From positions 1 through 6,046 of the IMG/VR virus record IMGVR_UViG_3300020041_000014: DNA of 6,046 nt. One strand, 5' to 3'. Positions 4,986 through 6,046 of this stretch are shown here, piece after piece. The position numbers and the translations under genes are program-made. The notes under the pieces are model-generated. The model saw only the letters and a list, made by a program, of their open reading frames with translations. It was not told the origin of the DNA and did not search any database. The first letter of the stretch is position 1, and each line of letters begins with the position of its first letter. The stretch comes from a virus.

Positions 4986-6046
4986 ATGGCTATCCCTGTT
5001 GCTGCCGCCGCATCCTTTGGTCAGGCTCTTGGTCAGTCAGCAGCCTCTACGGGCACTACCGGCTTGATCACTGGCGCCCTTGGGCAGCTTTTTGGAGGCA
5101 TGAACGCCCGTCGTCAATGGCGTTTTCAACAAAAGCAGATGAAGCTTCAACAGCAATATGCTTTAGAGCAAATGCAAAAGCAGTCGGAGCTCTCCTACGC
5201 TAATTGGCAAAAACAATTCGATTATGAGAACGCCTATAATGATCCTACGAAGGTTTTCGATCGTTATCTGAAGGCTGGTGTTACTCCCGCGGCTGTCCTT
5301 GGCTCTTCGGGCGTCGGTGTTAACGCTACTATGTCGGGTGGTTCTGCGTCGATGCCTTCTGCCTCTGGTCCTTCGGGCGGCGCGGCTATTTCTCCCGGAG
5401 GTTTTGCTGCCGCCGATCCTACCGCCGTTGCGCAAAACATGATTGCGCGGTCTACGATCGATCGTAATGACGCCGCCGCTAATCGTGATAACGCCGAGGC
5501 CCAATCGATTAGTGATCAAAACGTTGGAAATCAATTATATACCCTTATGGCTCAAACTCGTGTAGCCCTTGATGAAGCACTCGCTAAGCATAATTTAGCC
5601 GCCCGCGATGTTCTTAAGGTTCAGGAGGATATAGAAAAGAATAATCGATTTATTTCTGATTCTACCCTTATGAGTGCTATCGATGAGAAAAAAAATCAAG
5701 CTGCTTTAATTGCCGCAGAGGTTAAGCGTTTGGATATTGAGAACGAGAATTTAGGTAGATTGATGTCCGCTCAGGCTTTTATGATGAATACGCAGGGTGC
5801 ACTTAATCAGATTCTTGGCGATCAAGCTCGTGAGGTGATTCAATCGCTTCGTCTTGATAATCTCGACACCGCCAACGAGCTTTCGCGTAATTGGGATAAG
5901 CGTTTTGACGTTGAAGTTCCTAATCCTCAATACGAAAAGAATCTCCGAAGTTCTAATCCTATCGTTCGCAGTAATCCTGGCCCTCCTTCCTTTAAGATCT
6001 CGTTGTCTCTTAAAGATTTTCATGACAAGACCGTTATAAATCAAGC
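4986..6046 (+). CDS. VP2: 5' portion of the VP2 minor capsid / DNA pilot gene. It runs off the window end and continues at 1-428; the full product is 455 aa.
   Basis: ATG at 4986, and my hand translation is open to 6046. The N-terminus is Gly/Ala-rich and hydrophobic (MAIPVAAAASFGQALGQSAASTGTTGLITGALGQLFGG). It is followed by a Gln-rich helix (QQKQMKLQQQYALEQMQKQ). The motif YENAYNDPTKVFDRYLKAGVTPAAVLG (5223-5303) resembles the AG(L)NP block I recall in microvirus VP2 proteins. A long predicted coiled-coil-like region follows. The ORF track omits this ORF because it has no stop within the window. Confidence 0.8.
   Translation, partial: MAIPVAAAASFGQALGQSAASTGTTGLITGALGQLFGGMNARRQWRFQQKQMKLQQQYALEQMQKQSELSYANWQKQFDYENAYNDPTKVFDRYLKAGVTPAAVLGSSGVGVNATMSGGSASMPSASGPSGGAAISPGGFAAADPTAVAQNMIARSTIDRNDAAANRDNAEAQSISDQNVGNQLYTLMAQTRVALDEALAKHNLAARDVLKVQEDIEKNNRFISDSTLMSAIDEKKNQAALIAAEVKRLDIENENLGRLMSAQAFMMNTQGALNQILGDQAREVIQSLRLDNLDTANELSRNWDKRFDVEVPNPQYEKNLRSSNPIVRSNPGPPSFKISLSLKDFHDKTVINQ
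5926..6046. repeat. Terminal direct repeat, copy 2 (identical to 1-121).
   Basis: Exact 121/121 identity with the window start. Confidence 0.97.

Noticed and set aside
5454-5465. Perfect 12-bp palindrome ACGATCGATCGT in VP2, plus TCGATCGA at 548-555, and an impression of many GATC/CGATCG sites.
   Set aside because: These are short palindromes inside coding sequence with no flanking structure. I could not compute whether GATC is enriched over expectation, so no claim is made.

Overview
The window is one complete, circularly closed Microviridae genome (ssDNA, phiX174 family, but gokushovirus/alpavirus-like rather than phiX-like). The unit length is 5,925 nt, written out with an exact 121-nt terminal redundancy (1-121 = 5926-6046). 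All supportable genes are on the + strand and tightly packed. In order they are: a two-ORFan cassette (509-829, 841-1164) bounded by a candidate promoter and a strong intrinsic terminator; a small basic ORF (1271-1471) joined by TAATG to the HUH rolling-circle Rep VP4 (1471-2541); major capsid VP1 (2545-4350); a very acidic 98-aa ORF (4363-4659); a structured 133-nt spacer; a 63-aa predicted lipoprotein (4793-4984); and the DNA-pilot/minor capsid VP2. VP2 starts at 4986, runs off the window end and finishes at 428 after the circular wrap, giving 455 aa in total. I saw no rRNA, tRNA, CRISPR array, integrase or transposase. The points most worth follow-up are the tiny lipoprotein, the structured spacer before it, the acidic ORF, the promoter/terminator-delimited ORFan cassette, and host signals pointing to Bacteroidota (no Shine-Dalgarno before any gene, one TTTG/TAnnTTTG promoter-like site). 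All family calls rest on motifs read by eye and remembered family consensus. No searches were run.
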